Below, one piece after another: positions 16,975-30,296 of a DNA stretch of 64,000 bases (its first letter is position 1; each line of letters starts with the position of its first letter). Below the pieces are notes generated by a model that did no database searches, had not been told where the DNA came from, and saw nothing but the letters and a program-made list of their open reading frames with translations. The DNA is taken from assembly GCA_030141605.1 (NCBI GenBank), contig JAQGDQ010000720.1, positions 1 through 64,000 of the forward strand. The letters run 5' to 3'. This DNA comes from Tubiluchus corallicola (Eukaryota; Animalia; Priapulida). Both the position numbers and the translations under genes were made by a program.

Positions 16975-17560
16975 AGGACCATACACCACCAATATTTAAA
17001 AGACTAAACTTTCTAAACATTTATGACATTAATAAGTTCCAAACTGCCATTTTCATGTACAAATTCTCTCATAAATTATTGCCTCCCTTATTTACTGATT
17101 ATTTTTGTTTGAATGCTGAGATACATAATTACGGCACACGTTATAGACTTAACTATCACTACATACAGTGCAACACTAATGTTAGAAAATGTTCTATTAA
17201 ATACAATGGTCCTTACATATGGAATTCAATTGCTTCAGCTATTAAAAATGCCAACTCGCTGTCAATATTTAAAAAAAATTATAAATTAAACTCACTTGAA
17301 ACATATAACTGATCACTCAATCATGATTTGTTGTTTTTCATTTTCAAAAACTTCCCCTCTAGTATAATAATATTTTTATTACTTCCCACCCGTATATATA
17401 TATATTTTCGTAACTAATTCTAGTGGCCTACCATAAGCTAGCTTCATATTGTATCATATTTTTGTATTAACAAAAACTGATTAGCGATGCACTTGTAATG
17501 TATATGTATATGTTTATTGCGAAATAAATCTATTAAATCTAAAAAATCTAATCTAAATCT
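16975..17560 (+). mobile_element. 5'-truncated LINE (CR1/L2/Crack-like) 3' end
   Basis: HTPPIFKRLNFLNIYDINKFQTAIFMYK...HNYGTR...SIKYNGPYIWNSI...SLSIFKK is the typical RT C-terminus; followed by 3' UTR, AATAAA and a (aaatct)-like tail. Confidence 0.85.
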
Positions 17561-17635
17561 AGCTTCACCCTATCTGCACATTTTGTGCGATGACATATGG
17601 GTGACCTCTAAGGTCATCTTGGTTCCACTAATTAT

Positions 17636-18450
17636 TGGGAGAGAGATCATTCTTTACCAGAATCGCATTCGAATCAAACCGAATTTCAGTATTTCGAATT
17701 CGGAATGAGTTTATAGATTTTCGAACCGTCAGTGAAAAGTGGTCTTGCAAGGATCATGCATGTTACTCGGTTTTGTTCTGCAGTAAAGCAGCGAATAATT
17801 TGCTTGAAAATTTTGCACAGAAATCTAGCAGCAGCTAAACTCTGCTAATTGCATGACTTTTCAAACGTCTTAATGATAAAGAGAATACGGCCAAATCACG
17901 TTGAAAACATCGGTTCTCGTTTGATCACCGAAGTGCTTGGATGGGTGACCGCCTAGGAATACCAGGTGCTGTAGGCTTGCGGGATGCCCACACTGTATCT
18001 CGACACTAGGCGGAGGAGCTGTACAAGCAGCCAACGGCTAGAAGGCGGAGGAGGTCAAGTGACCCAACGGCCATGTGTAGAGGAGTAAACCTTCCAAATC
18101 ACGAGTGGAGCCCCGAAGGCGGACCAGTGCAGCATGCTCACTGACTCCAGCAGCTCCTGCAGCCAATCTGGTGCCAAACGTATCGCTCCGCTTTCCTTTG
18201 GACTACACCAGGGAGAAAGAGAGGGGGTTCCTGCGGTCTGGGCAACTCAGATCTCCATACACCTTGCCCAGGCGTGCACCCTGAAGACGTTCAAGGGTCG
18301 GACTGCTCAGCCACAGTCGACGCTGCAGCTCCATCAATGTGATCAATAACTGACTCTCTTGGCGCACATTCCATTGTCTTCCGAGACAGAAGGATGCCAA
18401 CAACAAAATGATAAAGAACGTCATGTAGTTCAAGTTCGATGCTCACCCTA
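17636..18450. mobile_element. older copy of the 27119-27559 MITE, interrupted by the 5S SINE
   Basis: Colinear with 27119-27559 either side of the SINE; right TIR gatgctcacccta; TSD ctaattat / ctaattaa. Confidence 0.75.
17883..18406 (+). mobile_element. 5S rRNA-derived SINE copy 3, inserted in a hAT-like MITE
   Basis: Same body and tail; 11-bp TSD aatgataaaga (17872-17882 / 18407-18417); deletion within the 5S internal control region. Confidence 0.9.
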
Positions 18451-18587
18451 CTAATTAATCAGCATCACAAGGATAGGCCAAATCAGTTTGCGAACATAAC
18501 AGACTTAGAAAATCTGTGATACGCCTGTTTTCTTGTGATGTGGTCAATTAGCCAGCATGTCAGTCTATTAAGTTATTAACTCACTGC

Positions 18588-18805
18588 TCCACTGAGCTAC
18601 TTAACGTTGCCTTTGCGGTTTCCACCATGATTCTTCTGGTGACCCTTTGGTGACCTTGCTCTACTGAACTACTTAACGTTGCCTTTGCGGTTTCCACCAT
18701 GATTCTTCTGGTGACCCTTTGGTGACCTTGCTCTACAAAACTACTTAACGTTGCCTTTGCGGTTTCCACCATGATTCTTTTGGTGATCATTTGGTGACCT
18801 TTGAC
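18588..18805. repeat. 72-bp tandem repeat x3
   Basis: ctacttaacgttgcctttgcggtttccaccatgattctt repeated three times. Confidence 0.92.
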
Positions 18806-19455
18806 CTGATCATGACCCGGGGTCGTCACATTCCGCCATATATTTACTTGCTGTGCTATAGTCACGTCTTTCGCACAAGAACATTGTTCTTGCATTTTCG
18901 TCTAAGTGACCTTGACCTCTTTGATCCAAGGTCATTAACGTTTCGGTTGAAATAAATAACACAAATTAACAGCCGACGTGCTACATTGAACAAAATTTAG
19001 TAAAACTGACGCAGTTCAAAACCTGTTTTTATTTTTCTCCCACAACAACCCCAAACAACGTGTGACGCAAGACATTAGAAGTGACCTTGATGACCTTGAC
19101 CCAATAAAACAGTGTCATGATTTCCACCAACATATGCTTTCACGTTGATGGTCACCTTAAATTTCGTTTAGACTGAATTAACAGTGCTGAACTGTCATGA
19201 GTTTTTGAAAAATCTGCACATCAACAGGTCATACCTGTGTCATGCTGTCTAAACCTATGAGGTAACGTAAAAGGCAGCCTGGTGACGTCACACATGGTCA
19301 CGCTTGCCATCCAATTCCAGCCCTTGGTAAAATTTTTGGCCGGACGAACAAACGATTGAGTTATTAGATGGACTAGATCATGAATCCACGACTAGGCTGG
19401 AACAGATGGACAGGCGGGCACACAAACAAACAAACAAGCACAAAGATTTCCTTAC

Positions 19456-19616
19456 CATTTTATGAAACATGCATATAGTCCTCTCCTCGTCCTCCCCACC
19501 AGGACAGTGGTAAATGCCATCACAGAGTACGTGGTCATCTATACAATGATACCGTCCTATCCTGTCTGGCGTTGGACAAGCGAACTGCAGCATCCCATCT
19601 TCAGCTGGAGGACATT
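19456..19616 (-). CDS. jeb: jelly belly (jeb)-like, LDL-receptor class A domain exon
   Basis: Acceptor ttcttccag|AA completes G+AA=Glu in phase with exon 1. Encodes ECPPAEDGMLQFACPTPDRIGRYHCIDDHVLCDGIYHCPGGEDEERTICMFHKM, matching the Jeb C-terminal LDLa region as I recall it. Donor |gtaagg, phase 0. Confidence 0.88.
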
Positions 19617-19731
19617 CTGGAAGAAGGAAGACCATTTTAATTGGACAGTACAGGGTGTCCTGAAATGATACACGTCATAGCTCAAAACATGACAAAAAAA
19701 CGTGTAGATATAAAAGACGCAAATCCTTCCC

Positions 19732-20430
<699 letters not shown>

Positions 20431-20824
20431 TTTCCTTTGCTTGTATTATGTACACTTTATCGTTGTTTATTTTTTCGTTACTAAATTCCCTACTTACAAA
20501 GCTTTCAATGAATAATAGTGAAGGATGACGAGGAACGATGTTAATTAGTATTCACGTAACTATTATGTAAATATGTAAATTTTGTAAATAAGCTCACTGT
20601 GCTTCATGCTTTATTACTTTCCAGTAATTTTATGATTACAATAGAGTTTTTTCGTAATGTTAGTTGTAGATGGCGCTATTGCCAATATTCAGTCAGGCGC
20701 ATGCGCTGTATGATTGACAAGTATGCAGCCTCCTGTAAGCAGTAGGCATTTCTTATGTGCAAAGTACTTTTAGTTTGTATATGCAAGTTTTTAATTAGCA
20801 AATAAATATTTTATTTATCTCTCC

Positions 20825-21165
<341 letters not shown>

Positions 21166-21287
21166 TTTTCTATTCATGTTTGTTTTTCCATGGGAATGGT
21201 GTTATGACTCATTTGTCTAATAATTTCGTCGATTTTTTAATCTGATAATGAGAAGTACGCTTTCATCTCCTTGTGTGTAACTTTTAA

Positions 21288-21910
21288 AGCAAAACAGGAC
21301 CCAATCCTAAACTGTAGGTCAAAACAATCTACTCTTTAAAATATTGAAAGAAATCATACTATTTTTTTCAAAAATGAGTTACTTGAAAGATTTATTACCA
21401 CACAAACACAATTTCGCGTTCGCGCCACTAGTTCTTTGCTGTTACATGCATTTCACCATTTGCTAGTTACGCGGACACTAGCGCCTGCATTTCGGAAACG
21501 CATTGCACAAAAGACAGGTACTGTACCTCTCAGTTCAGATGTGTTACTTTTTGACGAACTACACACGTTCGACAGATCATGCGCGAACACAATGGTAAAT
21601 ATGAAATTTGAGTTTTTATCTTAAAACTTGCCTAGTTTTAGTACAACACACTGAATATCTCACAGTAGCACTGTACTTCAATTTTTGTTTTCCCAAACAC
21701 CTGCAACACGCTCGTGGGAATATTTTTGCTGTCGAAAATTATGTTAGTTTGTGATGTCATCAATAGTTGAGCTCGCCTGCCGTTAATAAAGTTTTAAATT
21801 GATAATTTAATTATCAGAAACGCTTTTACAGTAACAATTGTGTTAAAATGTATACTTTTTATCTGACTTGATAATGGAGTAATATATATGAAAAATCATC
21901 CTGGCTTCCT
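21288..21910 (+). mobile_element. Kolobok-like non-autonomous DNA transposon, family K1 (full length)
   Basis: TTAA|AGCAAAACAGGA ... TCCTGGCTTCCT|TTAA: TTAA TSD, AG..CT termini, short imperfect TIR; about 10 related copies in the window. Confidence 0.75.
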
Positions 21911-22114
21911 TTAAGCAAATCAAGGCTATTCTTTCTTGACACATTGAACACTACGTACGGCATATGTAACAGCGTTGGTGGCACTGACAAAAGAACAACA
22001 ATTATTTACCGTCACTCGTTTATTTACCGACAACATTAACACTAACATCTGTTTAGTGACTTACAACAATGTAAGGACGCAGCACACAAATAACGAATAA
22101 CATGTGTAGGGTAT

Positions 22115-22184
22115 ATGTTATGGGACTCGAACTCAAGGCTACGTGATTGTAGCCCGACATTTAGACCACTCGGCCACCACACCC
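22115..22184 (-). mobile_element. tRNA-derived SINE head / tRNA pseudogene
   Basis: Minus strand gggtgtggtggccgagtggtctaa...gagttcgagtccc has A and B boxes but no intact cloverleaf. Confidence 0.55.
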
Positions 22185-23129
22185 AGGATAATAGCAACGA
22201 TGTTAGGTCTGACTGTGGTAAACACTTGCCGTTGCCGCATAAATGTGAATGCGCCATTACTGTGCCACGTAGATACAAGAATTCCAGAAAGCGATAAACA
22301 GCGTTTACGACGTAAGCGGAAGAGTCTTCCCGGAATATACACCACGTGTTTGCTATCACAAACTAGTTCCGTTTACAGTTCTTATACAAAATTTATTCGT
22401 ATCATATTTAATTCAATTATCACACATTTATGACGTATGAAATGGCATCTTATTGCAGTAGAAAAAGCCAGGTCGCACGCTGACGTAGGAGTGTTTAGAT
22501 TGTTAATAATTAATAACTTGGTCAATACTATTGACACGCGGGATGAGCCATGCGCATATTGGTAATGAGGACACGTAGAAATAATTTTAGGCAAAAAAAT
22601 AGGGCCTTGCTGAGCTGGATTTAGGCCAGACCCCCATTTAAAGCAAAGGCCAAGCCTCGTGGGAATTTAGATTTATCTCAACGTTCGCGAATGGTTAGTA
22701 ATAAGCGTGTGATATGCGTCTCGTGTAGTATCCTTAAAGTCGCTAATATTTTACGCTTAGGCGCTTCCATTTCGACAGCCAACTCTTCCACCAATTCTTC
22801 CACCAATGACGTCGTTCAATGAATGAAGAAAAACAGCGCTGTGAATTTGCGTCAAAAGCACAATAAGTTTCTACAAAAAATAGATAACTAATATAATGAT
22901 ATTTTTGTATGAACATAATGTATGATATTTTTGTAAGTGAGCTGCAGGAGTTTGAAAGACGCGCTTACGGACAGCCACGATGCGTTCACGAAAATTCACG
23001 AAGACCACTAGTTACGTCATAATTTCCGAGTGGATGGCTGTCATCGCCGCTCCTGAAGACTTCTTTACTACAGTGATAGTATAAATTAAATAAATTAACA
23101 TTATCCAAGTCAAATTTTAGTACAGGCAC

Positions 23130-23480
23130 TTACAAACACTTACAGTTAAAACAAGAAAACCTTATTTAAAAATTTTAATTTACCTAGTTAGAATCATGCC
23201 AGACTATGGCAAAACATCCAAACACTATAAAGCAAGAATTTGCGAACATTTGGGTAGTTCGTCTAGAACTGGGCAAGGAATTTAAAAAAATCTCCTCAGC
23301 CCAGCATTAATGACCATATTTGTGTCTCTGGCCACAAAACTGATTTTAATAATTTCAGCATTGTGATCAGGGCTGCAAATAATTGGGGCTTATTAATAAA
23401 AGAAAGTTTATCTACGTGCTCTAACAAGCCTTCTCTTAATGTACAAGCAGTTCAATTCCTTCACTTTTATTTTCAAACAC
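23130..23480 (+). pseudogene. Penelope-like element GIY-YIG endonuclease C-terminal fragment (decayed)
   Basis: Conceptual translation YGKTSKHYKARICEHLGSSSRTG...INDHICVSGHKTDFNNFSIVIRAANNWGLLIKESL..NKPSLN is a typical PLE GIY-YIG end; contains stop/frameshift. Confidence 0.8.
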
Positions 23481-23493
23481 TTTGCTATTTGCA

Positions 23494-23880
23494 ACTGTAT
23501 CAATTTCTTTACTGGTCTGCTTATTCATTACGTATTTGGCTTCTGTTAAGTACTTAATTAGTGCATAATTTACTGTATCAATTTCTTTACTGGTCTGCTT
23601 AATCATTACGTATTTGGCTTCTGTTAAGTACTTAATTAGTGCATAATTTACTGTATCAATTTCTTTACAGGTCTGTTTATTCATTACGTATTTGGCTTCT
23701 GTTAAGTACTTAATTAGTGCATAATTTACTGTATCAATTTCTTTACAGGTCTGTTTATTCATTAGGTATTTGGCTTCTGTTAAGTACTTAATTAGTCCAT
23801 AATTTACTGTATCAATTTCTTTACTGGTCTGCTTAATCATTACGTATTTGGCTTCTGTTAACTACTTAATTAGTACATAA
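23494..23880. repeat. 78-bp tandem repeat x5 within the Penelope 3' region
   Basis: actgtatcaatttctttac recurs every 78 bp starting at 23494 and 23572. Confidence 0.95.
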
Positions 23881-24425
23881 TAGTCTCTGCCTATATAAAC
23901 CAGCTGTATGTTTGTAAATTTACCACTGATGATGACAGCAGTAGTCTGTTTGGCATGAAATTAACTTTATAGACAATCTTTACACATTTGTTGACAGCAT
24001 AATCCAAATTTGGGAAAACAACTCGGAAATGTAAAGCGGCATCTTTTTTTAATCGATCACATTAACATCACGTACAAGCTGTTGTCTGACAGCTGCTCTC
24101 TACATTCGACTCCATGACATTTGTCATGATGAGTTTTAAAATAACCTATCGACTGACCTTTCAGAGAGCAAATTTCCATAGTGCTGTATAAAGGAATGTC
24201 GGCAACACGTGGTGCTTTTGTATTTTGCATGTCTGACCTTTCAACAATAAGTGCCGTACTTATGCTTTGATGGTTTTCATATTCATGTCACCTGCTCTTG
24301 ACTGAACGTGTTGTGAGACAGATGCTTTTGGAAGCAACGAGTCCAATTTGATAAGTTAAATGCATTAAAAACAACATTTTGCTGTCACAGGACATCGTGA
24401 CCCAGCGTTTCAGGACATCGTGACC
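23860..24425 (+). mobile_element. Penelope pLTR-derived composite element, copy A (hammerhead core deleted)
   Basis: Follows the PLE ORF end; TATA-like ctatataaac then CTGATGA-stem; ~550 bp near-identical to the reverse complement of 57305-57857. Confidence 0.75.
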
Positions 24426-24619
24426 CGGCTACGTTTCGCCCAGCCATCAATGGACTTAAATAGAGTTGAAATAATCCCAATTTTAATTAATGTAAAATGT
24501 AAGAAATCCAAACCTAAAGCAAAAAAGTATTTATTATTACTGACTAAACATTCTTTCGTATCTACTCTTCTCCTTTCCTTTCCTTCCCGTATTTTCGTTT
24601 TTCTAGTTCATTTCTTCCG

Positions 24620-25165
24620 TCTCTTTTCTTCTCTTCTCTTCTCTTCTCTTCTCTTCTCTTCTCTTCTCTTCTCTTCTCTTCTCTTCTCTTCTCTTCTCTT
24701 CTCTTCTCTTCTCTTCTCTTCTCTTCTCTTCTCTTCTCTTCTCTTCCGTTCTCTCCTCTTCTTCTCCACTCTCCTCTCTCTTCTCTCCTCTTCTTCTACT
24801 CTCCTCTCTCCTCTCCTCTCTTCTCCTCTCCTCTCTTGTCCTCTCCTCTCCTGTCCTCTTTTTTCTTCTTTGTTTGTTACCCTTCTCTTCTCTTCTCGTC
24901 TCTTCTCTCCTCTTCTTCTCCTCCACTCTCCTCTCTCTCTTCTCTTCTCTTCTCTTCTTCTACTCTCCTCTCCTCTCCTCTCTTCTCCTCTTCTCTCTTG
25001 TTCTCTCCTCTACTCTCTTTCCTTCTGTTCTCTTCTCTCCTGTCCTTTTTTCTCTTCTTTGTTTGTTACCCTTCTCTTCTCTTCTCTTCTCTTCTCTTCT
25101 CTTCTCTTCTCTTCTCTTCTCTTCTCTTCCGTTCTCTCCTCTTCTTCTCCTCTCTCTTCTCTCTA
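24620..25165. repeat. (CTCTT)n polypyrimidine tract with internal block duplication
   Basis: Direct reading; tcttctttgtttgttacccttctc occurs twice. Confidence 0.95.
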
Positions 25166-25937
25166 TGCTTTGTAAATAGATGGCTTAGCGTATCATTTTG
25201 AACAAAGATCTTTAATAATAATTACTAATCTGTTCGTTTCTTTACAATCAGCGAGTCTATGATTTCTTAGGCATCCATTTTCTCCGTCTTCTTTTAACAC
25301 TTGTCATTGACCTTTGATGCTTATTAGGTGACTGTTTCACGCATGCGCTTAGCGTAGGTCATGGTCTCATCGTGCGTGCAGTTGCCTCCAGCAGGAAGCA
25401 ATTATCTTACACACTTATTAAACGATTATCGAATAAATTATCGTAAAACACGCATGCTGCATTATCGAAGGGTCTCCCGAGTATGACGTCAATTTAATGA
25501 CGTCATGAGACAATTGTAAAATGCGTAGATTAAACCGAATTGGAATTCTTTTGCATCTAAAGGATAATTACGTCATTGAAGGAGAAGAAAGAGGAATTTT
25601 AAAGTATGTCTCAAAAAAATTCCATACAAAATTATATTATTTAGCACTATACCCACAAGTTTGAAAGACTTATGTAATTCGAAAAAAAATTCTTAATATA
25701 AAAATGACTGCCAGCAACCCAGTTGAGGAAAGACGTGGCTTTTATTTAGATACAATATCCTTTGTGACGTTTTGACCTACAACTGGTCTTGGTTACTGTT
25801 GTGGAGATCGCTGGCATCTATTAGAATTACATATTGTAGAATGTTCCATAGAATAATCGTCTTACCTTGTAGAATGTTCTAGAAAGAAACTTCTTACGTA
25901 CACAAGTACACAAGTACACGCGTACATAGGTACACAG

Positions 25938-26480
<543 letters not shown>

Positions 26481-26619
26481 ATGTTTTGCTCTAAACTATT
26501 TTTACGAACGGGATTTTCTTGCTATTTAACTACAAAACTACATACATGTAGGCACATCAGAAACTGACTCTCTGACTCTCTTGGGCTTCCAAACAAAACT
26601 CAGGTGAATAATACACTAT

Positions 26620-26800
26620 TCAATGATGAGTTTCGAAGAACAATTTTCTAGTAAAGAGTTCCACAGATAAGAATCCGAAAGGAAAAAAACTGGATTTATA
26701 AACAGCTGTTCTGCATCTGGTAATGCCCTGGGGGTGATCTTGCAGCATGGAATAGCTCAGCTGTTTGTGTTGTCACGCGTGGGTCAGCTGCTGAAATGTG
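26620..26800 (-). mobile_element. decayed CR1-like LINE C-terminal fragment
   Basis: Minus-strand translation ...RCRTAVYKSSFFP then (shifted) LWNSL resembles the CR1 RT C-terminus. Confidence 0.5.
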
Positions 26801-27118
26801 AAAAAATGCCAACTCCAGCTGAATTAGCCCCTTATTTTTGAACAGTAAAGAAACATCTTAGTAATACTTCCACAATGTCGTCACCTACGCTAAGGTGCGC
26901 ATGCACCTTTACAAAATTTCGAACATTTTCAATATTTGTGGCCCGTGTTATTAATATCCGGCAACTGATTGAAAGTGCAAATCGTTTCACGTTTTTCTTT
27001 TGGTGAGGTTTGTGGTTTCTTAATTTCCCACCTGCAGGTTGTTGTGGGTGGCTTCGCCACGACTCTTCGTTTTACGTGATCTTCACGGATTTAAAGAAAT
27101 TTCGAGACGCATACATAT

Positions 27119-27559
27119 TAGGGGTGAGCATTCTCTATCGGAAAGCGAATTCGAATCGAACCGAATTTGTGACTTTCGAATTCGAATCGAACCGAACTTT
27201 AGTGTTTCGAATTCGAACCGAATTCGAATTGAGATTGAACGATTTTCGAACAAGTTTTCGAACCACCAGTAAAAATTAGTCTTACAAAGATCATGCATAT
27301 CACTAGATTTTGTGCTGCAATAAAACGACTAGTAATTTGTTTAAAGTTGTGTGCAGAAATCACAGCTAAATTATGCTAATTGCATGATGTTTCAATCGTT
27401 TTAGTGATAAAGAACATGTGTGATTGAAATGCTGAATTATTCGAATCTATAGTTTTGGATTCGAATCGAGTTCGAACTAAAAAAAACTCGTTCGAATCGA
27501 ATTCGAGCGTTCGAATCCGATTCGAATGTTCGAACTCGAACGTTCGATGCTCACCCCTA
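27119..27559. mobile_element. hAT-like MITE rich in TTCGAA subterminal repeats
   Basis: TIR taggggtgagcat / atgctcaccccta; perfect 8-bp TSD atacatat. Confidence 0.88.
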
Positions 27560-28519
27560 ATACATATTCAGTCAGTTAAATGGTTTCTGGTTTCAATACT
27601 CGCTGTAGGAGGTTTCATTCGCCGTACTGATTCTGGCTGTTTACTTCGCAGACAGAGGTTGTATTAAACCAACTCATGACAATTGTTGAGTTGTCGCTGA
27701 CTGCTGACCACGGTCCTCTGCCATTCTCGGTCAATTTGGTCATCGACTGCGTCCCCAAACTCTATGCTTCATGTGGTACTATAAGTTTGTCCGGTTTTTT
27801 ATATAATTATGAGTTAAATTTGACCATCAATTTTGAACCATCGAGCCCTGGACTTGCCTAGAATTGGTCGACTGCTCCATTAACACCTTCTCTATGTCTA
27901 GTTGTATAAATTATGCAAGGATGGAGTTATAATTACCGTTTCACCTTGAATCATCCATTCAAGGTTACTGAGTACCTCGCGAAATCTCCTCCGTAAATAA
28001 CTCAAACTTGGTTGTGAGCTGTAACTCACTTTAGGAGACAGTTATGCAAGCAAATGTTAATTGTGTGACAGGTTGCAAAGCTTATTTTCATATTGAACCG
28101 CACAACAAGACTTAATTAACATTTTCACGGTTCCAGTGATTGATGATGATCGTAAGAAGGTCAAGGGTTATGTGTACCAGACGACGCATTTGTGTACACT
28201 TGACAACGTCATACTATTGTAACAGTAACAGTTTTAACAGCTAGCTAGAACCTTACCTAGTTCATTTTTTCTTGCTCCAAAGCAAGATCCTGCTAGTAAA
28301 TAACTCTAGACACAGATTAATGCATGCGTTATCTACGTAAAATACACCGAAGTTACTGAACTAATGCGGCAGACGGTTTTACTTTACCCACTTGTCATGT
28401 GACGGTTGAAGTTAAGACGCGTTGCTGTGGTCACATAACCTTTGACCTACAGCCACTGCGCGTGCGTACAACGAAACTGTGAAAAGCTTATTGCCGAGTA
28501 ATGCATTTTTAATTTGCCT

Positions 28520-28967
28520 TAAACAGATCAGTGTTCACTCACATGACAACTAAACATGAGTGGCTTAGACAAAACTTTAAAATTCATAACGAAAGAATTA
28601 TTACTTACTGATTAAGGTTAAACAAATCAAGTCCCTATCAGCATTTAAAACAAAATTAAAATCACTAATATTAACCAGATATGAAATACCATCACACCAG
28701 TACGACAACATACACACTAATTCAAAATTCATATATCCACGGCCATATTAATTAAATCATAATTTTTTCATTTTTGTGCATAGTTGTAAATATGTTTGAT
28801 TTTATTCGTCGTTACTTTCCATTACTGCACAGTAGTTTAGATTGCACTGACGCATTTGCCTTTAGCAGTGTAAGTTTTTATTAACTAACACTGATTGATC
28901 ATCTCTGTAAAGTTTTTATCAGTGATTATCAATGTATCTTAATGGCAAATAAAGATTATTATATATT
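28520..28967 (+). mobile_element. LINE 3' end fragment
   Basis: Degenerate ...KQIKSLSAFKTKLKSLIL* followed by UTR ending ggcaaataaagattatt. Confidence 0.55.
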
Positions 28968-28977
28968 ACACACACAC

Positions 28978-29025
<48 letters not shown>

Positions 29026-29639
29026 CACACACACACATATATATATATGTATATATTAACGTCTATTACGTCACTGTGACTGTATCATTGTAGTTACTAA
29101 AGTATTGTTAACCTCAATAATATCACGTGACCTAACTCTGTGGTTGTCCAATACAGGTAGCCTATACAGTATCTATAACAATTAGCTAATATAGTGATCA
29201 AAATCGTCTCTATAGGACAGTTAGCTGTACAATATCATACACTCTTGTCTACGTTTTAATTTACACAAACATTAGTCTACTAGAAATCACATCCCCTAGC
29301 AACCCAATGGCTTCTTCACACCCACCACACCTGCACTCCGCCCTGCTGGCTTCAGGTCTCTGGGAATTTGCGCTTACCTGTGCTACCTGTGCGCGTGGGA
29401 GCGTGACCCTATTAATCACTGAATCATAAAATGTTGGCACGCCACTAGGCTAGCTGGAGAAGGTGGAGACGCTCCAGCGATCATATCGGCAATAAAACAT
29501 GGGAATTGCCTAACAAATATCTCATAGTAATTTCGTAAGTGTTGTAACAACGTGCGTAGTAGTTTAGAGGACACCACCTCCCCACCCCCCACCCCACCCC
29601 CCGGGAGAAGTTAAACTTTAATCTTTCTTGATGGAACGT

Positions 29640-30296
29640 TACTGGGAAAAAGTCGCAGGTAAAAAAATCACAGGAAAAAATCGTAAGTAAAAAAATCACA
29701 GGAAAAAATCACAGGAAAGAATCGCAGGTAAAAAATCACTGGAAAAAATCGCAGGTAAAAAATCACTGGAAAAAAATCGCAGGTAAAAAAATCACAGGAA
29801 AAGAGTCACAGGAAAAAATCACAGGAAAAAGTCGCAAGCAAAAAAAATCACAGGAAAAGAGTCACAGGAAAAAATCACAGGAAAGAATCGCAGGTAAAAA
29901 ATCACTGGAAAAAATCGCAGGTAAAAAATCACAGGAAAAAATCGCAGGTAAAAAATCACTGGAAAAAATCGTAAGTAAAAAAATCACAGGAAAAGAGTCA
30001 CAGGAAAAAATCACTGGAAAAAGTCGCAAGTAAAAAAATTCACAGGAAAAAAATCACAGGAAAAAATCGCTGGTAAAAAATCACTGGAAAAAAGTCCTAA
30101 GTAAAAAAAATCACCGGAAACGAGTCACAGCTAAAAAATCAGGAAAAAATCACAGAAAAAAATCACAGGTAAAAAATCGGGAAAAAGTCACAGAAAAAAT
30201 GTCAGAGGTAAAGAAATCAGGGAAAAGTAACAGGAAAAAGATCGCAGGTAAAAAATCACTAGAAAAGAGTCAGAGGAAAAAATCACAGGAAAAAAG
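29640..30296. repeat. ~15-bp degenerate tandem repeat (aaaaaatcacagg / aaaaaatcgcaggt)
   Basis: Direct reading; a short inverted copy follows at ~30330-30355. Confidence 0.9.

Noticed and set aside
19378-19635. Prohormone-4 or LDL-receptor family assignment for the LDLa exon
   Set aside because: CPTPDRxGRYxCIDDHVLCDG and the upstream DVPQIECP fit Jeb; no IDLSRF peptide, no additional LDLa repeats and no transmembrane segment.
22115-22184. Functional tRNA gene
   Set aside because: A and B boxes are present but the acceptor and anticodon stems do not pair properly; better explained as a SINE head or pseudogene.
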